Positions 24,283-36,710 of a stretch of DNA of 44,048 nt are shown here, piece after piece. The notes under the pieces are model-generated. The model saw nothing but the letters and a program-made list of their open reading frames with translations, was not told the origin of the DNA and did no database searches. Location: NCBI GenBank assembly GCA_002633005.1, contig NMRA01001169.1:1-44048 (forward strand), given 5' to 3'. The position numbers and the translations under genes are program-made. How positions within the stretch are numbered: the first letter of the stretch is position 1; every line of letters starts with the position of its first letter. Origin of the DNA: Phoronis australis (lineage: Eukaryota > Animalia > Phoronida).

Positions 24283-26296
24283 GTACATAATGTAATACAA
24301 ATATAAAATAAATAAATAAATGAAGGCACTCTGAAGAACGCCACACATAGCCTCCAACGGAGTGAACAATACCGAAAGCGCCGCCAGACACCAGGAACAG
24401 CAAATGCGAAGACAACGACGCCGTATGACGCCAAGCGAGGGCAACGCCAATGCATCCTAAACAAGAAAGAACCACAAATATTGACGACGTCATTCACATA
24501 AAACCACAGCCAAAACTGATATGTCAACAGCAGCAACCCCACTAACACCAATAACGCCACCTCACGCGCATGGCAACAGCGAGGCCAATGACGATGAAGT
24601 CGTCGACATCCACAATTACACTGAAAGTTACATCATCGGAATCATCGTCATTATAGTCGTCATCCTCAAAGGACCACAACATGGCAGCCAACGCTGTCAC
24701 CGTCAATGACGCCGGAAATATCAACATAGATGTCAGAATAAAGATTGATCAAATACAGAGAGTTCCATTTATGTTGCCCAAAATGTGTGCATAATAAAGC
24801 ATGAGTTCAAACGTGTTGACATGTATCTGGACGTCAATATTTATTTTTACAGTGTAGATGATATTTACCACTTTGGTTCTGGGTCCATGCTCTCTAAATA
24901 TTCTAGAAATGTCTGAGAGCAAATCGTAACAGCGAGTGATATGATTAGATAAGGTCGTGCGGTTTTTATCCGCCAATCTTTAAATAAGTGCATTATTATA
25001 GTTTGGGCAGAAGTTTGGAAAATACTCAGACGGGAACAAGCAGAGCGTGCCCATAAACAAGATCTGAAAACGGCAGAGGCTTCATGGGAAAAGCATAGCG
25101 GACTCAAGCTAATGAGATTTAGAAGCAGAAGACATAGCAACTCCAGATTGAGCTCAAAGCTACACCGAGTGATGGTACTTGAAGTAGTTGTGTATGTACC
25201 AGTCGTCCCAAACTGTCAAGGTTCTACGAGCACGCCGATGACATGGGTTGTCGATTTTAGGGAACGGATACCTTCCAAAACAGTACACGGTTAACAACTG
25301 TTAAGAAAAGGATGGGTAGCAACGGTATCAGCCCACAGTCTGGGACAAAATCTTATCACAATACAAATTGCAAACAGTTTTAAGACTGCTTAGCACGGCA
25401 CCTGTTCGCCACACCACGTTACCAAATGAATATAATTATTCTGAAAAGATTATTGCTCTCACCGGCATTCGAACCCTGGTTCTTGGCTAGTCGAAGAACT
25501 CAGAAATTAGACTTAGTAAGTAATAGTAAGTAATTTTTTATTTTAGTGACTTGTGTTCAAATGAATTTAATCAATAAATTCGTCACAAAACAGGAACACC
25601 CATCCCTCCACGGGGCTTATAAGTCTATTTAGATACATGATACAAAAGAAAAAAAACAAGTGGACACGCATTGCAGGAGGACCAAAGAGAACACAGAGAT
25701 AAGAGAGATTATAAATATGATTTTTCCTTACTTCAAAATATTTTTGATGAAAACTGAAGTTTTCTGATAACATCTTTTTGCATGATTGTAATTAATTTAC
25801 ATTCGCAGCTTTCAGCACGAAATCGTGGATATTCAATCTCAACTTAATAATAATAGGTGTTTCTGGCATCTAAGAAAAACGGTCACTCAAACAGAAAATG
25901 TACTTGAATGTATTTCTTTATTTCTATTCCTCAAAGTACATGTACACTGTACACATCGATAACTCAATTGTATGCAGCTGTAAAACATGACTAACAAAAT
26001 CATCAACAATAGCCACACTGACAAACGTTGATTGATATACCGTAGTAATATTAATAAATNGTTAGCATATTTATCGTAATCTATTTTGCCCGGGGTACGC
26101 CACGAGCTATGTTGCAGAGTAAAACAAGAGGAGGATTGCGAATAATGTCATTTAATATGACGTGAATAGATAAAACTAACTAAGACTCTGCAAGATGGGC
26201 ATGGACAAAACGCCATAATGGCAGCACTGGAATGCTGACATCGTCCATCCGAGGAAGCGGAACCCGGGCAATAACAAGGTTAGACTATGAGAAAAT
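24283..26296 (+). repeat. Segmental duplication copy 1 (copy 2 at 38025-43899)
   Basis: Long colinear high similarity from gtacataatgtaatacaa to gttagactatgagaaaat. Confidence 0.95.
24521..25294 (+). pseudogene. Decayed type-I membrane-protein/receptor-like reading frame, copy 1
   Basis: ORFs 24521 and 25112 share one frame, with four internal stops. It reads as a Thr/Pro-rich stalk, YIIGIIVIIVVILK TM-like segment, a basic juxtamembrane stretch and a ~200-codon tail. Confidence 0.4.
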
Positions 26297-26484
26297 ATTG
26301 GTACTAATAACGGTATAACAGAAAACTAGAATACAAAAGTCGAGAATATAAAAAACAAGAACATAACGAACTGGAAGTAAAGGTAACTATAACTAATGAC
26401 TAGAAATTGAAGCCTACAACAACAGACTTGCGAACGGGAGGAGGCCGGCTGCAATAACAGACCTGACCTAGGGGGCAAATTTAC

Positions 26485-26710
26485 CAACACGCCACCAGCA
26501 TCATCTTTACAGTGACTATCAATACCATCAAAGTCACCTCTATTACCATCTCGGTCACTACTTTCACCATCACAGTCACCACTTTTAATATAACAATCAC
26601 CACCTTTATTGCCACAGACCCTACAACCTACCCTGTCTACACCAGTACTAAAGCCATCACCATTTTACCACCAGTCACTGGCACTGGCATCACAGTTACC
26701 TTAATTAGTA
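26485..26710 (+). repeat. Cryptic (ACC/ATC)-rich low-complexity tract
   Basis: Triplet-periodic accatc-like units. It resumes after the LINE at ~28165-28245; a related tract lies at ~42890-43100. Confidence 0.65.
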
Positions 26711-26711
26711 T

Positions 26712-28164
26712 CACATACATTCATGCTGTTAGTGGCGATATGGAGTGGGACTCCACCGAAAAGAGATTTAAATTGCTGCGTCTTTGGAACAAACTAGTAA
26801 GGTGGCAATGAATAGTTAGGCTGCGGCCGCGGCTAATTAGCAGTGCCAAAATATTAAAATTTTGGGGTATGCCAAGTTTGGGGGCAGTTTGTAGGTGGGC
26901 AGTGCATGTAGGCTCAGTGAATGCGGTTTGTTTGCATTTGTGAACATCCTGAGAATAAAAAAGGCCACTTTCTCGGCTGTAGCTGCACTCTTCTTCAAGA
27001 TGGCGGCCCCCGGTTGCAATTGTGCATTACTGGGTAGCGACTGAGAAATTGGTTGCGATTTTAGGTAGCCCTCAAACAAGCCAGAATTGCCAAAAACTAG
27101 TTAGTTGACAGTACTTTTATACCACATTTTCGGAATCTGTAAGAAATTTGCTTTCAGAATCTATTGTTGGTTTTAATTGTGCATCGGCAGGGAAGTAGTG
27201 TTTTGGGATGAAAAGTGCCGATTTTGCACTTTTTTGCCCTTATTTTTCTTAGTCTAGCTTGGTTTTCAGTGGGATTGAAGGGGTCAAAAATACAAGAGAG
27301 AATAAAGTTTCTGCGCTCATCTGCAAGGCTTTTTATGTGAAATAACTGAAAACATGTCATTCTTGAATCCTGTTTTTGACAGAGTGAAGAAAATGTGACA
27401 AATCAGTGAGAACTGTTCTGTGCCTCCTAACCACAGGTGGTGATAGGTTACTGAAGAAGGTATTTCTATGGGACTACTCTGTTGGTATACGGAGTCAAAA
27501 ATTTGTTTAACATAACTGGCATGCAATTCTGTTTTGAAAATTTGACTACTTGTAACATAGTAGATGCTAGAAAAAACTATTTGAATACGCGAAACATGTT
27601 TGGACAGAATCTGTTGTACCAAAACCCAAGTTAAGAACCTACATTTTATTTAAGCACGAGTTTTTAACTGAGCCGTACGTAAAGATAATTTTATCTCATT
27701 CCGAGCGATCTGTTATGGCTCAGCTTAGAGCAGGAAATCTCCCATTGCACTTGGAAACTGGTCGTTATGTAGACACTCCTGTAAGTGAAAGACTTTGCTT
27801 GTGTTGTGATTCTGGTTCTGGGGAGGATGAGTTACATTTTGTGCTTGATTGTTCTCTTTATAACTCACGCAGGTCTAATCAGTTTAGTAATGTTTCACTT
27901 CAAATCCTGAACTTTTCAGATTTTAGAAGATTAAATACGTTAAAACTGCTGTTTCAGTATTTCCCTAGGCAATTTGCCAAATATATAAAGGCTGCTTTTG
28001 AACTTAGAAACCGATGCCTTTATGGTAGACCCACATCTGAGTTGTGCGGTTAAAGTGACCTATAGGCCCAACTGGGATAGGTACTTATCTCTCTTACGAA
28101 TGTTATACCTATAACTGTTTGAATGTATTGTTCTTGTCACTATAATAAATAAATACTACTACTA
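26712..28164 (+). mobile_element. 5'-truncated LINE (RTEX/CR1-L2-group-like) 3' end with CCHC finger and tail
   Basis: AVSGDMEW..LRLWNKLV [insertion] DRLLKKVFLWDY..KPKLRTYILFK..LRAGNLPLHLETGRY..ERLCLCC..EDELHFVLDCSLY. Ends with AATAAA (28144) and a (TAC)n tail. Confidence 0.88.
26806..27434. mobile_element. Unclassified ~630-bp insertion inside the LINE
   Basis: Interrupts adjacent ORF2 motifs. aggtgg is repeated at 26800-26805 and 27435-27440. Only a weak gttagg/cctaac inverted match near the ends. Confidence 0.6.
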
Positions 28165-29140
28165 TACCACGTTTGCAACCAAAGTCACCAGCACTACCAA
28201 CACAGTCGCAACTATCCCCCATCACGTACCAGTATTAAATCACCTTGATAAAAAATTTTGAACTGTAAGGACATGCTTCTTAATCGGTCTGTCGTTGCTT
28301 GAAGTTGGCCTTCTTTGTTTACAGTAAATTTCAAAGGTTACACCTTCCATATAGGGAAAGCGCGCTATTACATCTATAATTTGCCATACCAATTAAGGAG
28401 GCGTGCTTTGCCTTGTGGATGAAAAAATTGAAACTAAAAGAAAAGTGCTTTGATATCAACAGAAATTCAAAGTCTTTATGAAAAAAACCGCAAAAATGTC
28501 TGGTCAGCAGGTTGAATTCTGTTTCAGTGGCAGAGAACACTTTGAATATTGCGATACACCTTACTCACGCGTGACCTAGGTCACGGTGAAAACGAGGCAA
28601 AAGCGGCAAACAAAGATATCCACGTCGCGTTGCTGTGTACGAATATTGCTAGACACGACCCGAACAGAGCAGCAGGAACGCACACGGTGGTTAAAAAGTA
28701 TAAATCGGGATGTAGGTAAATACTTTCAAGTAGGTCGTGAAGAAAAACGTTGCGCGCCAATGTCGTGGGAAACGGCAAGGCAACTGCGAACAGTGCATGC
28801 TCTCTAAAATTGCATAATGTATGCAAACCATGTACATTACGATTACTTCATAGTGTCCTGAAGTGCAAGAATTAAAGGCGAAGGCAACCTTTTTCCATGT
28901 CATTTTGAGCTAAAATAAGGTTGGTTGGTTATCCTAGACATATTTTCCACTTAATTACAGCTTTTCATAATTTTATTAATTACTCGTCCGCTACTCCGGA
29001 AGTGACGTTTTAGGAGGAAAGCATTTCGCGCCAATTTCTTTTCATATAGTCTGACTGTGAGAGCTGCCGAGTCAGTCATTGTTCTACCTCGGTTGTGTTA
29101 AGTTCCGTCGTCGTTCGCTTTCATTTACTATTCAGTCAAC

Positions 29141-29890
29141 ATGCCACATTGTTGCTGCGTACCAGGATGTACTAATTATCGGCTCACGCGCGCTTTGGGA
29201 GTACCTTTGCATCGCTTTCCGATGGATGACACACTTCGCCGTACTTGGCTCGTTCGTGTGAAGACCGCAGCGTTACCCGTCCACGCAACGTTCAAAGCAG
29301 TGGAGAATTACCGTGTGTGTGGCAAGCACTTTCTGCCGTCCGATTACGAAAGGGATTTGTACACTGAACTGATGAAGGTCCTTGCGAAACAACGTCTGAA
29401 GAAAGATGCAATTCCGTCTGTGTTGATTCCCGGCAGTGCCCCGTCGCCACCCTCGAGAAGTGCGTTTTTGAAGCGAGAAGCCTCGCGAGCTGTGGCCATC
29501 TGGAGCCAATGGAGACACTTCGTCTACTGTCACCCGTGCCTCCGAACGTACCCCACAGCGTGCAATTCCTGGAACCAGTAGTGATTCGCCTTGTGCTGTT
29601 TTTTTCCAGCCCAGAGCCTCTATGCAGCCCTGCAGCGATATTGAGTAGTGGGAGTGATTACAGGCTCAGTTCGACACCCAGTGAAGAGGACAGTTCGTCG
29701 TACAGTGAACAGATCGGTGAGCCAAACTTTGAAATGTTTATTGTGGACTTGTCTAAAGTGTTGGAGCTATTTAGAAGGTGCCAGGTGTGTGGCGAGGTAG
29801 TCACACGACACGGTGTAAGCAGTTTGGGTGCTCAGGTCACCATCCAGTAGGAGTGTGTCGAGGGACACTATAGCAAGTGGGACAGATTTT
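29141..29890 (+). pseudogene. Kolobok transposase N-terminal part (THAP domain plus Cys/His region), truncated before the DDE core
   Basis: MPHCCCVPGC..LHRFP..W..RVCGKHF..YERDL..LKKDAIPS. After a frameshift: FIVDLSKVLELFRRCQVC..G....Q*ECVEGH..W. Confidence 0.88.
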
Positions 29891-29899
29891 CCTCTGTCC

Positions 29900-30196
29900 G
29901 TGGTATGCCGGAGGTCCACTTAACCATGTCCAGTAGTGGCTTGGCCTCGTCGAACTCTGAACGGCACAAGCATTCCATTGAGGTAGGCATAATAACGCAC
30001 ACAGTGCATTTGCACCAAGATGTGTCACCACGTCTGTCCTCAGTAGCCGCCTCGTTTCTCTCAATAGCTCCCTGTGCCTGTGCGTACTCTGCCTCGTTAT
30101 ACTCGGGCTCGAACATGTATCCACCCACTGAATGTCCGTGAAAAAAATCCTCGTCACACTGCTGTCACTGTGATACGGGTCACTGATTCCAGCCAT
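29900..30196 (-). pseudogene. KolX-like accessory protein remnant (P2X7 C-terminal ballast-like Cys-rich domain)
   Basis: YMFEPEY..RRGDTSWCKCTVCVIMPTSMECLCRSE matches the PYxFEP..WCxCxxC..M....ECxCC pattern. ATG at 30196 with a frameshift. Confidence 0.8.
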
Positions 30197-32252
30197 TTTC
30201 AGTTTACAACACACTAAACAATCCCTAAATCCAACGTAGTTGAGTTCTCTACTAACCGATCTTGCCTCAGAATACTCGCCGATGGAAAGTGGTGGCGACA
30301 ATTGTTGAAAAAGAGAACAAGACAAAAGTAGAATAGAACAGATTCGCACGGTAAAGTCAATGCAAAACCAAGTGACGGGAAACGCTTGCCTCCTACAACG
30401 TCACTTCCGGAGTTGCGGACGAGTAATTTATAAAATTACGAAAAGCTGTAATTAAGCGGAAAATATGTCTAGGATAACCAACCAACCTTATTTTAGCTCA
30501 AAATGGCATGGAAAAAGGTTGCCTTCGCCTTTAAGTATTGGAAACTACGCACTCTAATTAACACAAAGTGAGTAACAGGTCGCAAGGGGGCACTCCCACA
30601 CTAGAGGAACAAGGGACGAGCTGCTCAGTAAGGCAAATTTTCCATGACTAAGTTCTCTCCAAAACGTTGCATTTTGTGGCAAATTTATCTCCGAAAGAGG
30701 GCCCTCAGTGACGGGTTTAGAATATTGCTGGAGGGGGGGGGGGTAACCACAAATTTCCAAGAAAAATGTCAGAATTCTCCCAGGACGAGGCGCAAACACA
30801 CTTTTTGAAGGAAAGCTTGATGTGTAACGCCTGAAAGTACACAATGGTGTAATTTTTATGCTTTTGGTTGTGTCCGTAAGGGGGTGGGGGTTAGGCACCC
30901 CTATGGTAATGGGCCCACTTTGAGTGAGAGCTTAAGGAATTTAGAGCAATTCCATATAAAAACCAGATGGTGGGCTATATATGCAAAATCAACAATTTTT
31001 TTTGAAATTTAGCACATCAGCTGGCCTTGTCAAAAGAAACCTGAGCCTGACTTTTTAAGAGTTTCCGAGTTTTTTAACCCTTTTTACGACCACTTTGTAC
31101 TTTTTCCGAAAAATAGCAAATAATAGTACTTGGAAGTAGGTAACTTTTTGTCAGCAACAACACATCATCGCTTCACGCTATAGAAAAAAATAACTATATA
31201 GCAGAAAGAAGAAAGAATAACGTACAAGAAAAACACTAGAGCTCGGAAGGTGGTTGATCATCAGGGGATTTCTTTAGGTAACTGTAAACTTTAGACATTC
31301 TTGCAATACATGTACGTCTAGATGAATTCGCGTTATGAATAGCAGCTACATGTAGGCAGCGGCAGTAAGCACGGGTTTCTTCCCCTATTGTAAGCAGACA
31401 ATCCTCCGTTTGACAGTGTTTGAGGCCATAACTCAAATTGACCAGTAAATATAGATGGAATTTGTCATAACAGTTCTAAACTTATTTCGTTTGTACTAAA
31501 CAAACAGTCCATCACTAGCTTCATGTGCAGTTCAGGAAAGACGCGGGAAAGACGAAAGCAAGCAGGAGCCACGCATGCGTGGCGCGGAATTCCATGTCTG
31601 TAGTTCTATGGTGAGACTGATGAAGTGAAATACATGCACACTGTTTTTCATAAATGTACAGTATTTTGGCCACCTACTACGACACTGGTGGCAAATGGAG
31701 TCTTGTAGCTTTTCCGCAGAAAGCTCAAAAGGTTTGAGATATCCTCAATACAATGCCATTCATCAATAATGTGCCGAATTTAGTCCTATTAATAAACGGA
31801 AAAAAGTATTTGTGGACAGCTTCTTCATTTTTATAAAAAATGACCGAAACTGCTGTGGTCAGGGCAGTTCGAAAAACTGAAATGGCAGAGGGAATGGCTA
31901 ATGGCTAGAGTAAAAACCATAATAACTTCTAACAGCAAATTGAAGCAAATGGACAGGAGTTGAACTCTTCGTACAAAAATGTGTTAACATGGATTGATCA
32001 ATTTAATTAGGAAAACCCCGGAACATTCATCGGACCACATTAATTTCTCATGTTGAATGGAATGATTGACACTTGGGCCACGCCTAATAAGCTGTACCTG
32101 ATGACCCATCCAGTGAAGTGCATTGTAAATCAAATTGTTGAGCTGGTAAATATTCACAAATTTGAAATTCTGCATGTAGAACCTCGGAGGTATTTGAGGT
32201 GTTGCAAATACCCAAACTGGTTAACGCCCATAGAGACAATTGTAAGCCCAAA

Positions 32253-33519
32253 CTAGAAAGTTTATTGTCACGGCGTGACAATAACGGACTCTGCCCGTGC
32301 GTATTACTGGAATTATTATGGAAAGTTACTGACAGCAACCCATTTACCAATATGAAAAGGAATTCTTTAAAATTGTTTGAGAAATTACACATTAATTTTT
32401 TTGATGACCTTTCCACTTATTGACCTCTTCCGGTGCATTATGAGCCCCGATCAGGGAATAATTGTAAACTCGATTTAAAGTGTGGCTAATGCTAAGAATC
32501 ACAGATGTTTTACTTTAAGAACTTCAGAATACAATTCGAATGAATTGGTCAAATTTTTCAGAAGAAAAATGCACCTAACGACCCCAAGGGTGCACCAAAT
32601 GACCTGAAATTTAGAATTCAAACTCAATCGCATTTAGTAAACAGATATGTAATTTTGAAGTCTCTAGCTCAAAATTTTAGTTTGCACTCTATGACCTTTG
32701 ACACTTTTTTCTGATTGGTTAGGCCTATTGCGAAGTAAAGTGGGGTATTCAATTGGCATGTTGACTTACACCAGTGTGCTGAAATTGAAAAGAATTCCTT
32801 GAAAAACGTAAGAGATATAACATTTTGAACGTTACACGACCTTAGCACTAATTAACCTTATCCGGTGCAGTTTGAGCATCTTTAGGAGAATTGTTGCAAA
32901 GCCCATGGAAAATGCGTTTAACGCTGAGTATCACAGTTGTCTAACGGTTGACACATCACAATACTTGCTGATTGAAAAGGTCAAATTTTCAGAAAAAAAT
33001 GCACCTAATGACCCCATGTTTGCACTAAATGACCTGAAACTTTAAATTCCGATTTAATTTACCTGTTGCAATCAGACCTGTCAATTTAAAGTGTCTAGCT
33101 CAAAATGTTAGTTTGCACCTAATGACCTTTGACCTATTTCACCTGATTGGATGACCCGATTACTTAGAAAAGTAATTTTTTAAATTGTCATGTTGACTTA
33201 TACCTGTGCACCGAATTTGAAAAAGATAGCTTTAAAACTGAAGGAGGAGTAGCATTTTGAAAATTATATGACCTTTGCACCAAACGACCTCATCCGTGCA
33301 ATATGGAATATGATTATATGTCCAATCAAAATTTATATTGTGTCAAAAGTCATATGCTGAATTTAAAGACCGTGCCTGCACCCAATTTGGAGTTATTAAG
33401 CCTCAAATTTGGTCAGAAGAAGAATAATAAGAAGAATAAGAAGAATAAGAAGAATAAGAATGAAATTGAAGAAAACCCAGGAACAACAGTACTCTGCGCT
33501 TACACGCGCAGAGTAATAA
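32253..33519 (-). mobile_element. Non-autonomous Helentron/HINE-like element, copy 2
   Basis: Same architecture and high similarity to 20677-21927. Flanks are unrelated and A-rich at both junctions. Confidence 0.88.
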
Positions 33520-35633
33520 ATAGCTCATGCCATTTTAAAGAGGATTTAGCACTAATTCATAAAAAATTCTTCGAATGAATAAGGTTCGGGATAATCGAAA
33601 ATTAGTTTTTGCTTTGAACACAACGACTAGATCACGGTAAAGGTATTGATGCCTGGAATAAAAACACGAAAAATTATCAAAATCGCACGGGGCATTCTCC
33701 ATTTTCTGTCGAGTGTTGACTCACTTTTTGATCAGGTCGGCCATCTTCGATGACCACGAACTTGTGTTTATAAATTGTTTTCACAAATCCCTTGCACCAT
33801 AACTTAATGATACCTATATTAACCTACAGGGTGTACCATACTGTACGATTCAAGAGTTTTTACCTGAGCTTTTGACCACTCAGATGTTACCTATTGAGTA
33901 CACGTAGACTGTTCAAAAATAACCTTGGACGTGTCACATTTCCAGTGGCAAAGACAAATAGTCGACTTGGATGAACTAAATGACATAATTAGTCATCGGT
34001 GAAGAATTAACTAGGATGCATTTGTTGCCACTCTGCGACCAAAGAAGCTGCGTACAAATTTCCGGTGTCTGTCTGAAAACTATAAGAATAATTGTAAATT
34101 TTTAATGTGAAGAGGCCATTCAAATGATCTTGCACTGTGCTAAAAACCTTGAAAAATGTTAAGAACCATTTTTTGTTTGAAGGTCCAAACTTTTGTTCAA
34201 TGTAGGTGACACAAATTTTGTTGAATTGTAAGTATAAATTGTGCATTTGATTCATGTTTTGTAACTTGTTATTTTCAACTGCAGATTGCATTAAGGCAAG
34301 GAAATATAAAAAATCTGATTTACCGTAACTTGCTACACTCATTCGCCATGGTAACATGTTTCTGTTGTTTGTTTTGTCGAAATGTTCCTAAGCACATTTT
34401 ATGTTAGTTAATGTGTGAAATAGTAGTTAGGAACTTTACTGTGCTGAGATCACTTCAGTTTTATGTGGCTAAATGTTTGAAACCCCTATGTCTAATATTT
34501 TCAACTGATGCCATCGGAAGGAATGTCACATTAAGTGACACCACAGGTGTCATCAGCTTCCGATGGTCCCCAATATACTAGTAGCATTATGTAACGATTG
34601 TCAGGTGAGTTGGACGTTATCAGGGCACATCGAGCAGTTACCAGCTGACGCGGGGGTGGGCACAGGTAACATATATGAAAGATGAACGGTCTTCAAATTG
34701 CTAACTGTCGTTGGTGGTTCAGCGCATGTGATAATCTATCGAAGACATGCATGTGCCATCGCTTGCTGAATAGAAACATTTTGGATAATCAAAGATGTGG
34801 TATTCATACATGTTATGAGAAATGGACTAAAATCTAGCTCGGGTATCAAAGTAATCAAGCAGAAATGACGCAGAGTTTGTTTCAGTGAGGAGTACGTTCA
34901 CAACGTCAATTCTTGGGCAGATGGTCAGTAAAACGTTCAATATTAAAAACAAAACGCTGCACTTCACTTCATATGGACGTTCCGGTATTAATCAGAATTG
35001 TCATTAGGATTCGATCATTAATGAATCAACGAAATTCCTTTCCAAACCCTTTTTATTCCATCTTAACAGCATCATATTCCAATCATATAGAATTAGCTGA
35101 AACAGAAGATCTTGGATATTATACATCTGTATACCTTGATTAGGATAGGGCCGATATTCTTAGTTTCTGATAATTATAATTCCTGTATTGCATATAAAAC
35201 GCAATAATCAAACAAGTCTTATATAGTTTTAGCTTTGTTTTTACCTGATTATAAAATAAAAGCTTATCATATGTTCTAGTTTGCTGTTTTAAAAACCAAG
35301 ATTTTGTCAAGTTCATAAAAATTGACCCTCAGCATATACCAAGAACTGGTGGTGGCCATTTCGGTTGGGTAATTACCAGAATTTCAAACACATGAACGCA
35401 ATTTGATATAGAAACTGTGTTTTGAAAGCGTAAGATGAAGTTGAACGATTGTGAGTCTTGCCCAAAATTGCATTCATGAAGTTCACTTGATTCAATTTAG
35501 CCTGAACGAAATGGAAGGGTAATTTGAAAATTACGTGATTCAAATTGAAGAAACCTGGTCAAGAAAGCATCCCAGTTACTCTAACGCGATAAATGAAAAG
35601 AATTCAACAAATTAACGTTCAACAATAACTTGA

Positions 35634-35830
35634 TTAAGCCGTCGCAGTGTAAACTGGGTTGTCTTTTCCCGCCAAGACGACATGCTTCTTGGCCTGTGCT
35701 CCAAAGTAGGCAGCGACGCCAATGGTTAGCACGAGAAGCACAGCAAGAACAACCACAACCACATAGAAGACGGTGTTGCTGGTGTATCCGGTGCAACTAG
35801 GTCGCGAGTCTGTTTTTATATCCTCATTTT
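35634..35830 (-). CDS. Terminal coding exon of a single-pass membrane protein (TM helix, NPxY tail)
   Basis: Acceptor ..ctatttcag| in phase 1. NEDIKTDSRPSCTGYTSNTVFYVVVVVLAVLLVLTIGVAAYFGAQAKKHVVLAGKDNPVYTATA*. Confidence 0.7.
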
Positions 35831-35918
35831 CTGAAATAGGCATACAGAATAAGTTTACCAGGGCTTGGTCTTCCGTCTAAGCATAATGACAAAAAGAGGA
35901 CAACTGCACTGAATAAGC

Positions 35919-35964
35919 GAGAGAGAGAGAGAGAGGGAGAGAGGGAGAGAGGGAGAGAGGGGGA
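35919..35964 (+). repeat. (GA)n microsatellite abutting an assembly gap
   Basis: A gagagaga/gggaga run followed directly by Ns. Confidence 0.95.
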
Positions 35965-36440
35965 NNNNNNNNNNNNNNNNNNNNNNNNNNNNNNNNNNNN
36001 NNNNNNNNNNNNNNNNNNNNNNNNNNNNNNNNNNNNNNNNNNNNNNNNNNNNNNNNNNNNNNNNNNNNNNNNNNNNNNNNNNNNNNNNNNNNNNNNNNNN
36101 NNNNNNNNNNNNNNNNNNNNNNNNNNNNNNNNNNNNNNNNNNNNNNNNNNNNNNNNNNNNNNNNNNNNNNNNNNNNNNNNNNNNNNNNNNNNNNNNNNNN
36201 NNNNNNNNNNNNNNNNNNNNNNNNNNNNNNNNNNNNNNNNNNNNNNNNNNNNNNNNNNNNNNNNNNNNNNNNNNNNNNNNNNNNNNNNNNNNNNNNNNNN
36301 NNNNNNNNNNNNNNNNNNNNNNNNNNNNNNNNNNNNNNNNNNNNNNNNNNNNNNNNNNNNNNNNNNNNNNNNNNNNNNNNNNNNNNNNNNNNNNNNNNNN
36401 NNNNNNNNNNNNNNNNNNNNNNNNNNNNNNNNNNNNNNNN
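35965..36440. other. Assembly gap (476 N)
   Basis: Run of N. Confidence 1.
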
Positions 36441-36710
36441 TTTTTTTTCATTTTCACAGCCTCGCATCTTGACTAGTAACATTTAATGTAGTTAAAAGAC
36501 AGAATATAAGACTTGCTGTAAGAACAAGACTTCCAAAATTATACCGTTGGCTGTTCACTGTAACCTCACGGATTGCAACTGCGAAGTAATATTCCTAATA
36601 AAACGTGACAACTCACAACTACGCCTTCATCTTAGCGTGAAAAATGCTTGGTCATGTGTGTGTTTGAAAACTTCTATGTTTTATTACAAATGTTTATTAT
36701 AAGCACTCAC

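Larger units (their letters stand above)
28876..30530 (+). mobile_element. Kolobok DNA transposon, internal-deletion derivative
   Basis: TTAA at 28872-28875 and 30531-30534. ~150-bp near-identical TIRs start aggcgaaggcaacc. Convergent THAP-transposase and KolX-like remnants inside. Confidence 0.92.

Noticed and set aside
24210-25140. Minus-strand hydrophobic ORFs as membrane protein genes
   Set aside because: Several overlapping frames are open because of the A/C-rich plus strand. The plus-strand reading gives a more coherent architecture.
26512-26811. Mucin-like Thr-rich protein gene
   Set aside because: It is a chimera of a simple-repeat tract and LINE ORF2 sequence.
20677-33519. HINE copies as part of the segmental duplication
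   Set aside because: Their flanks are unrelated, and the offset (~11.6 kb) differs from the duplication offset (~13.7 kb).
20670-33578. Duplicated small ORFs (20670, 21693, 32084, 32199, 33303) as conserved genes
   Set aside because: They lie in or overlap the non-coding HINE copies. The Lys/Asn runs are the translated microsatellite.
35855-36482. 200-aa ORFs in the ORF track
   Set aside because: Artefacts of translating through the N gap and the (GA)n run.
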